A stretch of DNA of 62,934 nucleotides, counting the filler. It is 6 parts of 6 records of this genome, joined end to end, with 100 filler letters (N's around TTAATTAATTAA, not from the genome) between each part and the next. Parts side by side here need not be neighbours in the genome. Positions count along the whole stretch, not along the records: positions 1 to 17,910 come from SRR20825010_2644; 5 more parts are not named here. The stretch is one strand, 5' to 3'. This document shows, piece by piece, positions 1 to 8,603 of this stretch. Made by a program: the position numbers and the translations under genes. The notes beneath the pieces were generated by a model. It worked only from the letters and a program-made list of their open reading frames with translations, did not search any database and had not been told where the DNA came from. Position 1 is the first letter of the stretch; each line of letters begins with the position of its first letter.

Positions 1-10
1 CTTCGAAATC

Positions 11-44
11 GCCTACTTTTCATATACTAAACCGTTGTCCATAA
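11..44 (+). repeat. attC-like site, right arm (GCCTACTTTTCATATACTAAACC-GTT-GTCCATAA), cut by the window edge
   Basis: Closely resembles 1341-1375. Its reverse complement contains TATGAAAAGTA, found exactly in the left arm at 1252-1262. GTT at 34-36 lies 25 nt before the next start codon. Confidence 0.55.
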
Positions 45-60
45 CATAGAAATCAACAGA

Positions 61-1233
61 ATGTATAAAAATATCATTGCAGTACTACTTTTGTTATTAG
101 GTATTAATCAGGTAAAATCACAAGATGTTGGACAAATTGTCATCGGCACAAAATATTCGCTTAGGTCTAATATCTTGCAAGAAGACAGGGAATATTGGAT
201 TAGTCTTCCTGATTCATATAATAATAAAGAATCATCCTATAAGAGATATCCGGTGCTTATTGTACTTGATGGAAATTTGCACTTTAAGCCCATAGCAGGA
301 ATGGTAAACTACATGAGTTCTGATGTATATAGAAGCTGGAAAATTCCAGAGATGATTGTGGTTGCTATTCAAAATGTAGATAGAAGAAGAGACTACACAC
401 CAGACAAGGTCATTACAGTTAGAGAGAATAATACAGGCGGTGGAGATAGTTTTCTCAGCTTTTTGGAAGATGAACTTTTGCCTGAGTTAGATCAAAAGTT
501 TAGAACTGCCCCCTATCGAATACTTTTTGGACATTCTTTAGGTGGATTACTAGCTGCCCATACCTACATGAAAGAAGAGACTCTTTTCAATGCGTTCATT
601 GCGGTTGACCCAAGTTTTGGAACATGGGACGAAGAAACCATGGATAAAAAATTAGATGCCGTAACCGAGCAGTCATTTGAAAGATTCATCTACATAGCCA
701 CTGCCAATTGGGGCAAAAGGAATATCAGAAATCGTGACCGCCATGTTAGGTTATACGAGGCATTGAATAGTAAATGTGAAGGTAAGTTTCCTGCAAAATT
801 GGAATACTTTGAAAATGAAACCCACGGTTCTGTTCCTCCAATAGCTTTTTATAATGGAATTTCAAGCATTTTTGAAGACTATGGGATTTCCTATCGAGAT
901 GTGGAAAGCAAAGAACAACTAACTCAACATTTCAAGTCTCTTTCTCAGCGACTATCTTGGAATTTTAGTCCACCAGAATCTCTTGTTAACCGAATAGGTT
1001 ATAGAATGTTACGGAGTAGAGACGAAAATGAAAAATCTAAAGCACTGGCCTTCTTTATCTTAAATACAGAAAACTTCCCCAATTCATTTAATGCTTTTGA
1101 TAGTTTAGGAGAAACTTATGAATCTCTCGGAGATAACAAAAAAGCAATCGAAAATTATAAAAAGTCACTTGAGCTAAATCCTAATAATGAACATGCCAAA
1201 ATGAAGATACAAAGCTTAGGCAATAACCAATAA
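61..1233 (+). CDS. Exported alpha/beta-hydrolase (IroE/BesA-like esterase) with C-terminal TPR
   Basis: Signal-peptide-like N-terminus, YPVLIVLDG, RRRDYTP, GHSLG nucleophile elbow, C-terminal TPR (NAFDSLGETY...AIENYKKSLELNP). Confidence 0.85.
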   Translation: MYKNIIAVLLLLLGINQVKSQDVGQIVIGTKYSLRSNILQEDREYWISLPDSYNNKESSYKRYPVLIVLDGNLHFKPIAGMVNYMSSDVYRSWKIPEMIVVAIQNVDRRRDYTPDKVITVRENNTGGGDSFLSFLEDELLPELDQKFRTAPYRILFGHSLGGLLAAHTYMKEETLFNAFIAVDPSFGTWDEETMDKKLDAVTEQSFERFIYIATANWGKRNIRNRDRHVRLYEALNSKCEGKFPAKLEYFENETHGSVPPIAFYNGISSIFEDYGISYRDVESKEQLTQHFKSLSQRLSWNFSPPESLVNRIGYRMLRSRDENEKSKALAFFILNTENFPNSFNAFDSLGETYESLGDNKKAIENYKKSLELNPNNEHAKMKIQSLGNNQ

Positions 1234-1240
1234 ACACGAT

Positions 1241-1375
1241 TGGCAACAATGTATGAAAAGTAATCGTCAAGATGGTATGAATTAGTGGTCTTTAGTACTA
1301 ACAAACATTCTTGTAATTTGAAAAGATACTATCAACTAATCGGCTACTATACTTATACTAAAGGTTATATGCAAT
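1241..1375 (+). repeat. attC-like imperfect inverted-repeat site (type A)
   Basis: TGGC-AAC-AATGTATGAAAAGTAATCG begins 8 nt after the stop codon and pairs with CGGCTACTATACTTATACTAAAG-GTT-ATATGCAAT (GTT 1364-1366). Confidence 0.6.
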
Positions 1376-1385
1376 GCGAACAAGC

Positions 1386-1763
1386 CTAGGAGCAGTCATC
1401 ACAGACACCGGTCAGAACACAATTTGCATTTTGAACTTCATAGCCATTGGGAACTGAATACTCTACCGGAACTTGCAGGCATTCAATCGTATCACATGAC
1501 AGACACCTAAAATGAAAATGATGCTGAAAAACTTCTGATGGATCATCACACTTTTTGCAGATTGCAAAATATTGTTTTCCATCTTCTGCTACAATTTTGT
1601 GGACTATATCATCCTCACAAAATCTATTCAGCACTCTATAAATTGTAGCTCTATTAATTTCAATATCCAACTGCCGTTCAATAGCATCTTGACTTAATGC
1701 TTTTTTTGAACCTGAAAGCAAATCTAGTATCGCTTCTTTTGAAGGTGTATTTCTTCGATTCAT
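1386..1763 (-). CDS. Fur/Zur-family metalloregulator
   Basis: RNTPSKEAIL, NRATIYRVL wHTH, HHFHFRCLSC and C-terminal CDDC zinc motifs. Confidence 0.9.
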   Translation of the reverse strand: MNRRNTPSKEAILDLLSGSKKALSQDAIERQLDIEINRATIYRVLNRFCEDDIVHKIVAEDGKQYFAICKKCDDPSEVFQHHFHFRCLSCDTIECLQVPVEYSVPNGYEVQNANCVLTGVCDDCS

Positions 1764-1767
1764 ATTT

Positions 1768-1842
1768 TATTGCGAATATGTTGCAATAATACGAAAAGAT
1801 AGTATATTTGACCACATTTACTATTGCGACATATTCGCGTTA
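1768..1842. promoter_or_regulatory. Divergent promoter with two inverted copies of a 21-bp palindromic operator and a Bacteroidetes -7 element
   Basis: TATTGCGAATATGTTGCAATA (1768-1788) and TATTGCGACATATTCGCGTTA (1822-1842) match at 18/21 in inverted orientation. TATATTTG (TAnnTTTG) at 1803-1810 lies between them. Confidence 0.65.
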
Positions 1843-1947
1843 GCAAAATAAATGATAGGAAGAAAAATAATCAGGCTATTTGGGGGAAGGATGTTAGTAA
1901 TTGCCCTACCTATACCATTATCTCTCATTGGTCAATACAATAACAAA

Positions 1948-2853
1948 ATGAATAAAAAAGATTTTGAAGTAATCATTATAGGTGGTAGCTATGCAGGACT
2001 CTCAACAGCAATGGCTTTAGGCCGTTCACTTCGTGAGACCTTGGTAATTGATGCAGGAAAACCGTGTAATCGACAAACACCACATTCGCATAATTTTTTA
2101 ACTCAAGACGGAAGTACACCAAAAGAAATTTCTGAAATTGCAAAGAGCCAAGTAGCAAAATACGACAGTGTCAAATTTTATAACGGACTTGCTGTAAGTG
2201 GAAAGAAAATTAAAAAAGGTTTTCAAATCACTACCTCAAGTGGAGATATTTTTACTGGAAAAAAATTGGTTTTCGCCACAGGAATTAAAGACATAATGCC
2301 AGATATAAATGGCTTCTCGCAATGTTGGGGAATTTCCGTAGTGCATTGTCCTTATTGCCACGGTTATGAAATACGAAATAAGAAAACTGCAATTATTGCC
2401 AATGGGGAAAGAGCATTTCACCTAGCCACTTTAATCAATAATTTGACGCAAGATATCACAATCATTACCTCTGAAAAGAAAGATTTTGAAGAAAACCAGC
2501 TCAAAAAATTAAAGCAACATACTATTCAAATCATCGAAAAAGAAGTTTCTTCAATCGAACATACAAATGGGCAATTAAAAAGTATTGTGTTCAAAGACGG
2601 CAGTGCGGCAAGTTTTGAATGTGCCTACGCTTCAATTCCATTTGAACAAAGCTCTAATATACCAAATGAATTAGGCTGTGAATTTACAGAAAGCGGACAT
2701 ATTGAAGTAAATTTTATGCAAAAAACCACAGAAGAGGGCATATTTGCCTGTGGCGACAACAGTACAATGATGCGTTCTGTATCAATGGCCGTTAGCAGTG
2801 GGAACATAACCGGGGCAATGGTAAATCATGAACTCACACAAGAAAATTTTTAA
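1948..2853 (+). CDS. Thioredoxin-reductase-like FAD oxidoreductase with a CPYC motif (dithiol-oxidase-like)
   Basis: IIIGGSYAG FAD motif, LVFATG, HCPYCHGYE, GIFACGD. Start placed at ATG 1948 (MNKKDF) rather than the ORF start at 1852. Confidence 0.85.
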   Translation: MNKKDFEVIIIGGSYAGLSTAMALGRSLRETLVIDAGKPCNRQTPHSHNFLTQDGSTPKEISEIAKSQVAKYDSVKFYNGLAVSGKKIKKGFQITTSSGDIFTGKKLVFATGIKDIMPDINGFSQCWGISVVHCPYCHGYEIRNKKTAIIANGERAFHLATLINNLTQDITIITSEKKDFEENQLKKLKQHTIQIIEKEVSSIEHTNGQLKSIVFKDGSAASFECAYASIPFEQSSNIPNELGCEFTESGHIEVNFMQKTTEEGIFACGDNSTMMRSVSMAVSSGNITGAMVNHELTQENF

Positions 2854-2855
2854 TT

Positions 2856-3101
2856 ATGGTAGAAGTGTTTATAACCAATGTAAAGTCAGAAATTCTATCA
2901 ATAGAAATTCTACAATTTTTGGAAAAGGAGTATCCACAAATAGAATTTATTTTTGATTTGGAAGATTTCAATAAACCATACCCTTGCGGTCATTCCATTT
3001 TAAGAATAGAAGGAAAAGTGATAGACACAAATTACATAACTCAACAACTTAGAAGTAAAGGAATTGAATGTGAATTATTAGAAGATAAAATTTGTTTATA
3101 G
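2856..3101 (+). CDS. Small hypothetical protein (81 aa) in the operon
   Basis: Starts 2 nt after the upstream stop. MVEVFITNV...FDLED...ILRIEG pattern. Confidence 0.7.
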   Translation: MVEVFITNVKSEILSIEILQFLEKEYPQIEFIFDLEDFNKPYPCGHSILRIEGKVIDTNYITQQLRSKGIECELLEDKICL

Positions 3102-3102
3102 G

Positions 3103-3705
3103 ATGACAGAATTTTGGGAAACTGCTTTTAGAGATAAGCAAGAAATGTGGGGAATGGAACCTGCAAAATCGGCTGAATTGACAAAAACCTTTTTTGTAGA
3201 AAATTCGGTAAAAAATATTTTAATTCCCGGAATTGGATATGGTCGAAATGCCTAAACATTTATCCAAAATGGAATAACCGTAAGTGGAATTGAAATTTCA
3301 AAAACAGCCATTCAACTCGCAAAAAAACATTATGGAAATGAAGTGACCATTTTTCATGGCTCTGTAACCAAAATGCCTTTTGATGGTAATAAATATGACG
3401 GAATATTTTGTTACGCTCTTATTCATTTATTGGACAGCAAAGAAAGGAAAAAGCTAATCCAGGACTGTTACAATCAACTGACCGAAAACGGATTCATGGT
3501 TTTTACAGCTATAAATAAAAACGCATCTCAATTTGGGCAAGGTGAATTGATAGGTAAAGACCGTTACGAAACCCATAAAGGAGCAAGAATATTTTACTAT
3601 GACCGAGAATCTGTCAAAACAGAATTTGAAAAATTCGGACTTTTTGAAATCACTGAAGTGGACGAAAATCAGCCGATGTATCTGATCATATGCAAAAAGA
3701 AATAA
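3103..3705 (+). pseudogene. Class I SAM-dependent methyltransferase interrupted by an in-frame TAA at 3253-3255
   Basis: ATG 3103 gives MTEFWETAF...ILIPGIGYGRNA*TFIQNG...GIEISKTAI, which continues in the same frame into ORF 3343-3705 (YDGIFCYALIHLL). Confidence 0.85.
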
Positions 3706-3712
3706 TAGCACA

Positions 3713-3868
3713 GCACACAATACTAGCTTTACTTCATTGCTCCACTCTCCCCTAAACTAAATTTCCTACTTTTAAAAAAGATTGATTTCGTCCCGCGGCC
3801 CTAGCTCGCTGGAAAATCCTTCCTATTGGTAGGTACAACGAAATCATAGCCGAGACGTTGGCGATCAT
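3713..3868 (+). repeat. attC-like imperfect inverted-repeat site (type B)
   Basis: Left arm GCACACAAT-ACTAGCTTTACTTCATTGC starts 7 nt after the stop. Right arm is CAACGAAATCATAGCCGAGAC-GTT-GGCGATCAT (GTT 3857-3859). Internal TAAACTAAATTTCCTAC is repeated at 5632-5648. Confidence 0.6.
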
Positions 3869-3905
3869 TTAAAATCACTATCAACAAAAAATAAAAGAAA
3901 TAATT

Positions 3906-4277
3906 ATGGATACAGAGTTTGAAGCAGGAATTAACATTGCAATAAAGATTCCCAAAAATAAATATGAGAAAACCGTTGCTTTTTACAGAGATATATTGAA
4001 GTTGGATGTGGAAGAAAAACCAATTACCAATCCAACCGTTTCAAGAACCCATGAAGTTAAATTTGGAAAAAATGTAATTTGGTTGGACTGCGTGGATAAT
4101 TATACACATTCAGAAACTTGGTTACAACTTACAGTCCCCAATGTAGAACAAGCCACAAGCTATTTGGAATCGAAAGGAGTGGAAACCTGTGATGAGCTTG
4201 AAGAACTTCCAGAAAATATGCACTGGATTCAAGACCCTGCAGGAACAGTATTCAATCTACAAAAGAGAGAAAAGTAA
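3906..4277 (+). CDS. VOC/glyoxalase-bleomycin-resistance family protein
   Basis: KYEKTVAFYRDILKL and WIQDPAGTVFNL VOC motifs. Confidence 0.8.
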   Translation: MDTEFEAGINIAIKIPKNKYEKTVAFYRDILKLDVEEKPITNPTVSRTHEVKFGKNVIWLDCVDNYTHSETWLQLTVPNVEQATSYLESKGVETCDELEELPENMHWIQDPAGTVFNLQKREK

Positions 4278-4320
4278 CAATTTTGACCAAAAACAAACCA
4301 TTGGCGGTAATGTGAACAAG

Positions 4321-4725
4321 ATGACATTCTATCAAAAAGAAATAAATCGGATAAAAGGGATTTGCTACTCAAATAAAGATCAAATTCAAATCGCAATCGG
4401 AACGAGAAACTATATGGAGAACAACTTCGATAGAAAATTGAATCTGGATTTGCTCTCACACATCAAATTTACTTCAAAATTCCATCTTTTGCGACTTTTT
4501 AAAAAGTACTACGGACAAACACCAAAACAATATCTTATCGACAAAAGGATTGGGCAATCAAAAAGCTATTTAAAAAAGGGAATGTCTGTATCAGAAACTT
4601 GTTACGCTGTGGGATTTGAAAGTCCAAGTTCATTCAGTACACTTTTCAAAAAAAAGATTGGACAAACGCCAACTGATTTTCAAATCGAGCAATTTTCACA
4701 AAGTCAATCGAAAAACGATTTTTGA
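4321..4725 (+). CDS. AraC-family regulator (DNA-binding domain only)
   Basis: SKFHLLRLFKKYYGQTP and SVSETCYAVGFESPSSFSTLFKK. Start placed at ATG 4321. Confidence 0.9.
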   Translation: MTFYQKEINRIKGICYSNKDQIQIAIGTRNYMENNFDRKLNLDLLSHIKFTSKFHLLRLFKKYYGQTPKQYLIDKRIGQSKSYLKKGMSVSETCYAVGFESPSSFSTLFKKKIGQTPTDFQIEQFSQSQSKNDF

Positions 4726-4756
4726 AATTTGGATGTTAAATTTAAAAATCAAAAGA

Positions 4757-5152
4757 ATGAAAGTAAAAGTATTAAGTATTCCTGTTCAAAACCAAGAAAA
4801 AGCATTGAAATTTTATACTGAAACATTGGGTTTTGTGAAAAAAATGGACGTTCCGTTGAGTGAACAAAATAGATGGCTAACCGTGGTAAATAAGGAAGAA
4901 CAAGACGGAACGGAAATTTTACTGGAGCCTTCGCCCAACCATTTTGAACCTGCAAAAGTTTATCAAAAGGCGCTCATGGACGCAGGTATACCATACGCCC
5001 AATTTAATGTTGAAAACACACAAATGGAATATGACAGACTTAAAAGCCTTGGGGTTGAATTTAGTGTAAAACCAACTGAAATGGGAACTGTAAAAATTGC
5101 CGTGTTTAACGACACTTGCGGCAACAACATACAAATAGTGGAAATATTATGA
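4757..5152 (+). CDS. VOC/glyoxalase family protein
   Basis: IPVQNQEKALKFYTETLGF and FNDTCGNNIQIVE. Start placed at ATG 4757. Confidence 0.88.
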   Translation: MKVKVLSIPVQNQEKALKFYTETLGFVKKMDVPLSEQNRWLTVVNKEEQDGTEILLEPSPNHFEPAKVYQKALMDAGIPYAQFNVENTQMEYDRLKSLGVEFSVKPTEMGTVKIAVFNDTCGNNIQIVEIL

Positions 5153-5207
5153 AAAATGAAAAGCGGCTTTGTGCATTGACTCATTTAACTACTGTAAAAA
5201 ACAGCTA

Positions 5208-5546
5208 ATGGCAACTTTTGGGACATTGGAAAAAATAATACTGGACTTTCCAGAAATTACGGTAGAACCCCATTTTGAAAAAATATCGTTTCGGGTTAAA
5301 AATAAAATTTTTGCAACGTATGATGAAAAAAACAATCGCGTTACGGTTAAACTATCTGAATGCGAACAAGATAAATTTTCATCATTAGATTCCCAAATTT
5401 ACCCAGTAGACAACAAATGGGGAAAACAAGGCTGGACATTCATTGATTTGAGTGAAGTTAATCAAGATTTGCTGACCAAGATATTGATAGTGGCATATTG
5501 TGAAGTTGCACCCAGAAAGCTGTGGGAACAGATAAGAAAGAACTAA
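5208..5546 (+). CDS. MmcQ/YjbR-family protein
   Basis: PHFEKISFRVKNKIFAT, NKWGKQGWT, AYCEVAP. Start placed at ATG 5208. Confidence 0.85.
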   Translation: MATFGTLEKIILDFPEITVEPHFEKISFRVKNKIFATYDEKNNRVTVKLSECEQDKFSSLDSQIYPVDNKWGKQGWTFIDLSEVNQDLLTKILIVAYCEVAPRKLWEQIRKN

Positions 5547-5558
5547 AAATAAAAACGA

Positions 5559-5655
5559 ACCGCCAAAATCGGGGATAGTTAATAAAAATAACTACAACTA
5601 ATACTGGCTATTTCATTGTTCCCTCCTGCCTTAAACTAAATTTCCTACATTTAAG
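5559..5655 (+). repeat. Degenerate or truncated attC-like left arms
   Basis: ACCGCCAA (5559-5566) is the exact reverse complement of TTGGCGGT (4301-4308). ACTGGCTATTTCATTG...TAAACTAAATTTCCTAC repeats 3722-3769. Confidence 0.55.
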
Positions 5656-5676
5656 ACAACAAATACGTGGAGAAAT

Positions 5677-6087
5677 ATGAATAGAATAACTGTCAAAGTT
5701 TCTGTTAAAGCTGATATTGACAAAGTTTGGAATTGTTGGACAGATCCAGAGCATATTACGAATTGGAATTTTGCAACGGACGAATGGTGTTGCCCAAAAG
5801 TTGAGAACAATCTTCGACCGAATGAAAAATTTTCGTGGAGAATGGAAGCTAAAGATGGTAGTATGGGGTTTGATTTTGAGGGAACATATAATAAAATCGC
5901 TGAAAAAGAATGGATTTCGTATAAGATGTCAGACGGACGAAAAGTTGACATTGAATTCACTCAAAACGGAAATGAAATTCAAGTCAGCGAAACCTTTGAT
6001 GCAGAGGGAACGAATTCCGACGAACTGCAACGTGCAGGCTGGCAAGCTATACTAGGGAATTTTAAAAAATACGTTGAATCCGAATAA
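5677..6087 (+). CDS. SRPBCC/AHSA1-like (START-fold) protein
   Basis: VWNCWTDPEHITNWNFA, RMEAKDGSMGFDF, GWQAILGNFKKYVE. Confidence 0.9.
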   Translation: MNRITVKVSVKADIDKVWNCWTDPEHITNWNFATDEWCCPKVENNLRPNEKFSWRMEAKDGSMGFDFEGTYNKIAEKEWISYKMSDGRKVDIEFTQNGNEIQVSETFDAEGTNSDELQRAGWQAILGNFKKYVESE

Positions 6088-6095
6088 GACATGCC

Positions 6096-6201
6096 GCTAT
6101 AATTCATTGCCCTTCCTGCCCTCAATTAAACAACAATACTAATTTTGTACTGCAGCCAAGGCCCACCAGCCACAACTTTAGCAAAACCAAATCCGTTGTA
6201 T
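6096..6201 (+). repeat. Degenerate attC-like site (type B)
   Basis: GCTATAATTCATTGCCCTTCCTGCCCT resembles 5607-5632. Ends AAATCC-GTT-GTAT (GTT 6195-6197), shortly before ATG 6222. Confidence 0.5.
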
Positions 6202-6221
6202 TAAGTTAAATATAGACGATA

Positions 6222-6605
6222 ATGGGATATCAAATACACATATTTAGACCTAAAGAGGCTAATGTAATCTCATATGAGGAACTGAAAAAATTGATTGATT
6301 CGGACGATAGCTTACTACTATCTGAAAGCAATATAAACGAAATTTTATGGGTCAATCATCCATTGGGTGGAATAGATGGACATACTCCAGTATTATATTT
6401 TGAAGAAAAACGAATTTCAAGTAGATATCCAGACGAGTTTGTAACAAAGAAAATGTTTGATATGGCGCAACAAATAAATGCTGCGTTGGGGGATGATGAA
6501 GAGGCGTTCGATGACAATTATAGACTAGAAATAGATAAAAGTTGTGAGAATATTTTGCGTAGAAATAATAGAAAATCAAATAAGCCAAAATGGAAATTTT
6601 GGTAG
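6222..6605 (+). CDS. Hypothetical protein with a C-terminal KPKWKFW tail
   Basis: 127-aa ATG ORF filling the space between repeat sites. No family recognised. Confidence 0.7.
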   Translation: MGYQIHIFRPKEANVISYEELKKLIDSDDSLLLSESNINEILWVNHPLGGIDGHTPVLYFEEKRISSRYPDEFVTKKMFDMAQQINAALGDDEEAFDDNYRLEIDKSCENILRRNNRKSNKPKWKFW

Positions 6606-6748
6606 CAAGCCTTTCTGTAAAAAGTAAAATGCCGCGAAACTATCGCAAGCCATAGGGGAAAAAACCTTCTCTATTGCTTTTTCCTATTTTTAAACTCTAA
6701 ACATTAGTGCGTAAAATCCGCTACGACCAATAAGCGATTTGATTACCC

Positions 6749-7870
6749 ATGATTATGAAAAAAAAGAGAATACCACTAACATTTATTATTCTGCTCACAG
6801 TAACAATAAACGGATCTGCTCAAGAAACAACCTTCTTTAATGCAGATGGATTCTTTTCAATAGGAACGCAATCAAACCGAACCGCATCAATAACCTTGTT
6901 TGACATTGACAAAGACGGGGATTTGGATGCACTCGTTGCAAATGGTAGACATTGGGCAGAACAGAACTATATTTATTACAATGACGGAAAAGGAGGCTTT
7001 AAGATGGCTCAACCACTCGGAAAATTTCTTGATGCTTCCTATGCTATCAAAAGTGCCGACTTCAACAATGATGGATTTATGGACATTGCTGTCGCCAATG
7101 ACAACGTACCCAATAAAATTTATTTTGGTTCGGACAATCAAAACTTTGATCATGCAACTTCTTTTGGTTCTATATCGCCTTCAAGAAATCTTGAAATAGC
7201 AGATATTGACAATGATGGAGATTTTGATTTAATCCTATCGAATCGAAAGGCTGAAAACGAAATTTGCTTAAATGATGGAAAGGGAAATTTTGAAAATATA
7301 ATCGCTTTCGGGAATAAATCCGACCAGACAATACAAACTAAAGCGGTAGACATTAATAAAGATGGCTTTTTGGACTTGATAACAGCGGAAAGACAGAGCA
7401 AAAATCGAATTTATATAAATGACGGGGAACAGAATTTTATAAAGATCATAGCATTTGGCAATGAAGAGGATCAAACTCGTTCAATCGATATTGGGGATTT
7501 TGATAAAGATGGATTCTTGGACATTGCAACTGGAAATTTAGGTTCTAAAAACAGTATCTACTTCGGTGATAAAAGCTTGGCTTTCAATCGCGTTTTTGAT
7601 TTTAAATCAGAACGTAATACTTCCTCGATTAAGATATCTGATTTAAATCAAGATGGATATTTGGACATCATTGAGGGAAATTCGGAAGAACAAAATTATG
7701 TCCATTTGGGACAAAAAAATGGAGAGTTTAAAGAAATTGGGTTGAGGGAAGATTTAATGGACGATACCTATAATATAGAAACAGGAGATTTGAACGGCGA
7801 TGGTTTTCCAGACATTGTAGAATCGAATTCCGGAACTTGGAACTTATACTATAGAACACAAAAAAAATAG
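6749..7870 (+). CDS. Secreted FG-GAP/VCBS repeat beta-propeller protein
   Basis: Signal peptide plus seven D-x-[DN]-x-DG-x-x-D repeats (DIDKDGDLD, DFNNDGFMD, DIDNDGDFD, DINKDGFLD, DFDKDGFLD, DLNQDGYLD, DLNGDGFPD). Confidence 0.88.
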   Translation: MIMKKKRIPLTFIILLTVTINGSAQETTFFNADGFFSIGTQSNRTASITLFDIDKDGDLDALVANGRHWAEQNYIYYNDGKGGFKMAQPLGKFLDASYAIKSADFNNDGFMDIAVANDNVPNKIYFGSDNQNFDHATSFGSISPSRNLEIADIDNDGDFDLILSNRKAENEICLNDGKGNFENIIAFGNKSDQTIQTKAVDINKDGFLDLITAERQSKNRIYINDGEQNFIKIIAFGNEEDQTRSIDIGDFDKDGFLDIATGNLGSKNSIYFGDKSLAFNRVFDFKSERNTSSIKISDLNQDGYLDIIEGNSEEQNYVHLGQKNGEFKEIGLREDLMDDTYNIETGDLNGDGFPDIVESNSGTWNLYYRTQKK

Positions 7871-7919
7871 CTTTGGCTACAATGGTTCGAAACAAAATAA
7901 AAAACAGGACTGTACTGAA

Positions 7920-8603
7920 ATGAAAAAAATAGGATTGGTAGGCGGATTAAGTTGGACTTCCACTTTGGACTATTATAAATATATAAACCAAAGCATCAAC
8001 GAAAAATTAGGAGGACTAAACTCTGCCGAATGCATACTATATTCCCTGAATTTTTCTGATATCCAAAATAGAGGATGGACAAACTCTTACGATTTGATTC
8101 TTAATTCTTGCAAGAGTTTAAAATCAAACAATGTAGATTTTATTGCCCTTTGTGCCAATACGGCTCATTTATTTGCTGACGAAATCCAATCAACACTTGG
8201 AATTCCCATCATTCATATAGCATCTGCCACAGCAGAGGAAATACAACGACAAAAACTATTAAAGGTCGGATTATTAGGCACAAAATTTACAATGGAGATG
8301 GATTTTTATCGGAATAAACTGAAGGAACATAATATTGAAGCTATCGTTCCATCAGAAAAAAAAGATATTGAAGAAATACAGGATATTGTAAAAAACGAAC
8401 TTGGAAAAGGAATTATAAATCAAGCATCTAAACAAAAATTTGTACGGTATACCAATGAATTGAGAGAAAGAGGAGCTGAAGGACTTATTTTGGGATGCAC
8501 AGAGATACCTATGCTAATCGAACAAACCGATTTTGAATTCCCTGTATTCGACACAACAAAAATCCACGTTGAACGCATTGTAAATTTTGCACTGGATAAG
8601 TAA
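7920..8603 (+). CDS. Aspartate/glutamate racemase family (RacX/YgeA-like)
   Basis: MKKIGLVGGLSW, CANTAH and LGCTEIP catalytic cysteines, FDTT. Confidence 0.92.
   Translation: MKKIGLVGGLSWTSTLDYYKYINQSINEKLGGLNSAECILYSLNFSDIQNRGWTNSYDLILNSCKSLKSNNVDFIALCANTAHLFADEIQSTLGIPIIHIASATAEEIQRQKLLKVGLLGTKFTMEMDFYRNKLKEHNIEAIVPSEKKDIEEIQDIVKNELGKGIINQASKQKFVRYTNELRERGAEGLILGCTEIPMLIEQTDFEFPVFDTTKIHVERIVNFALDK

Noticed and set aside
3253-3255. Programmed stop readthrough or recoding in the methyltransferase
   Set aside because: The codon is TAA (not TGA or TAG), TAA ends many neighbouring genes, and no recoding structure is evident.
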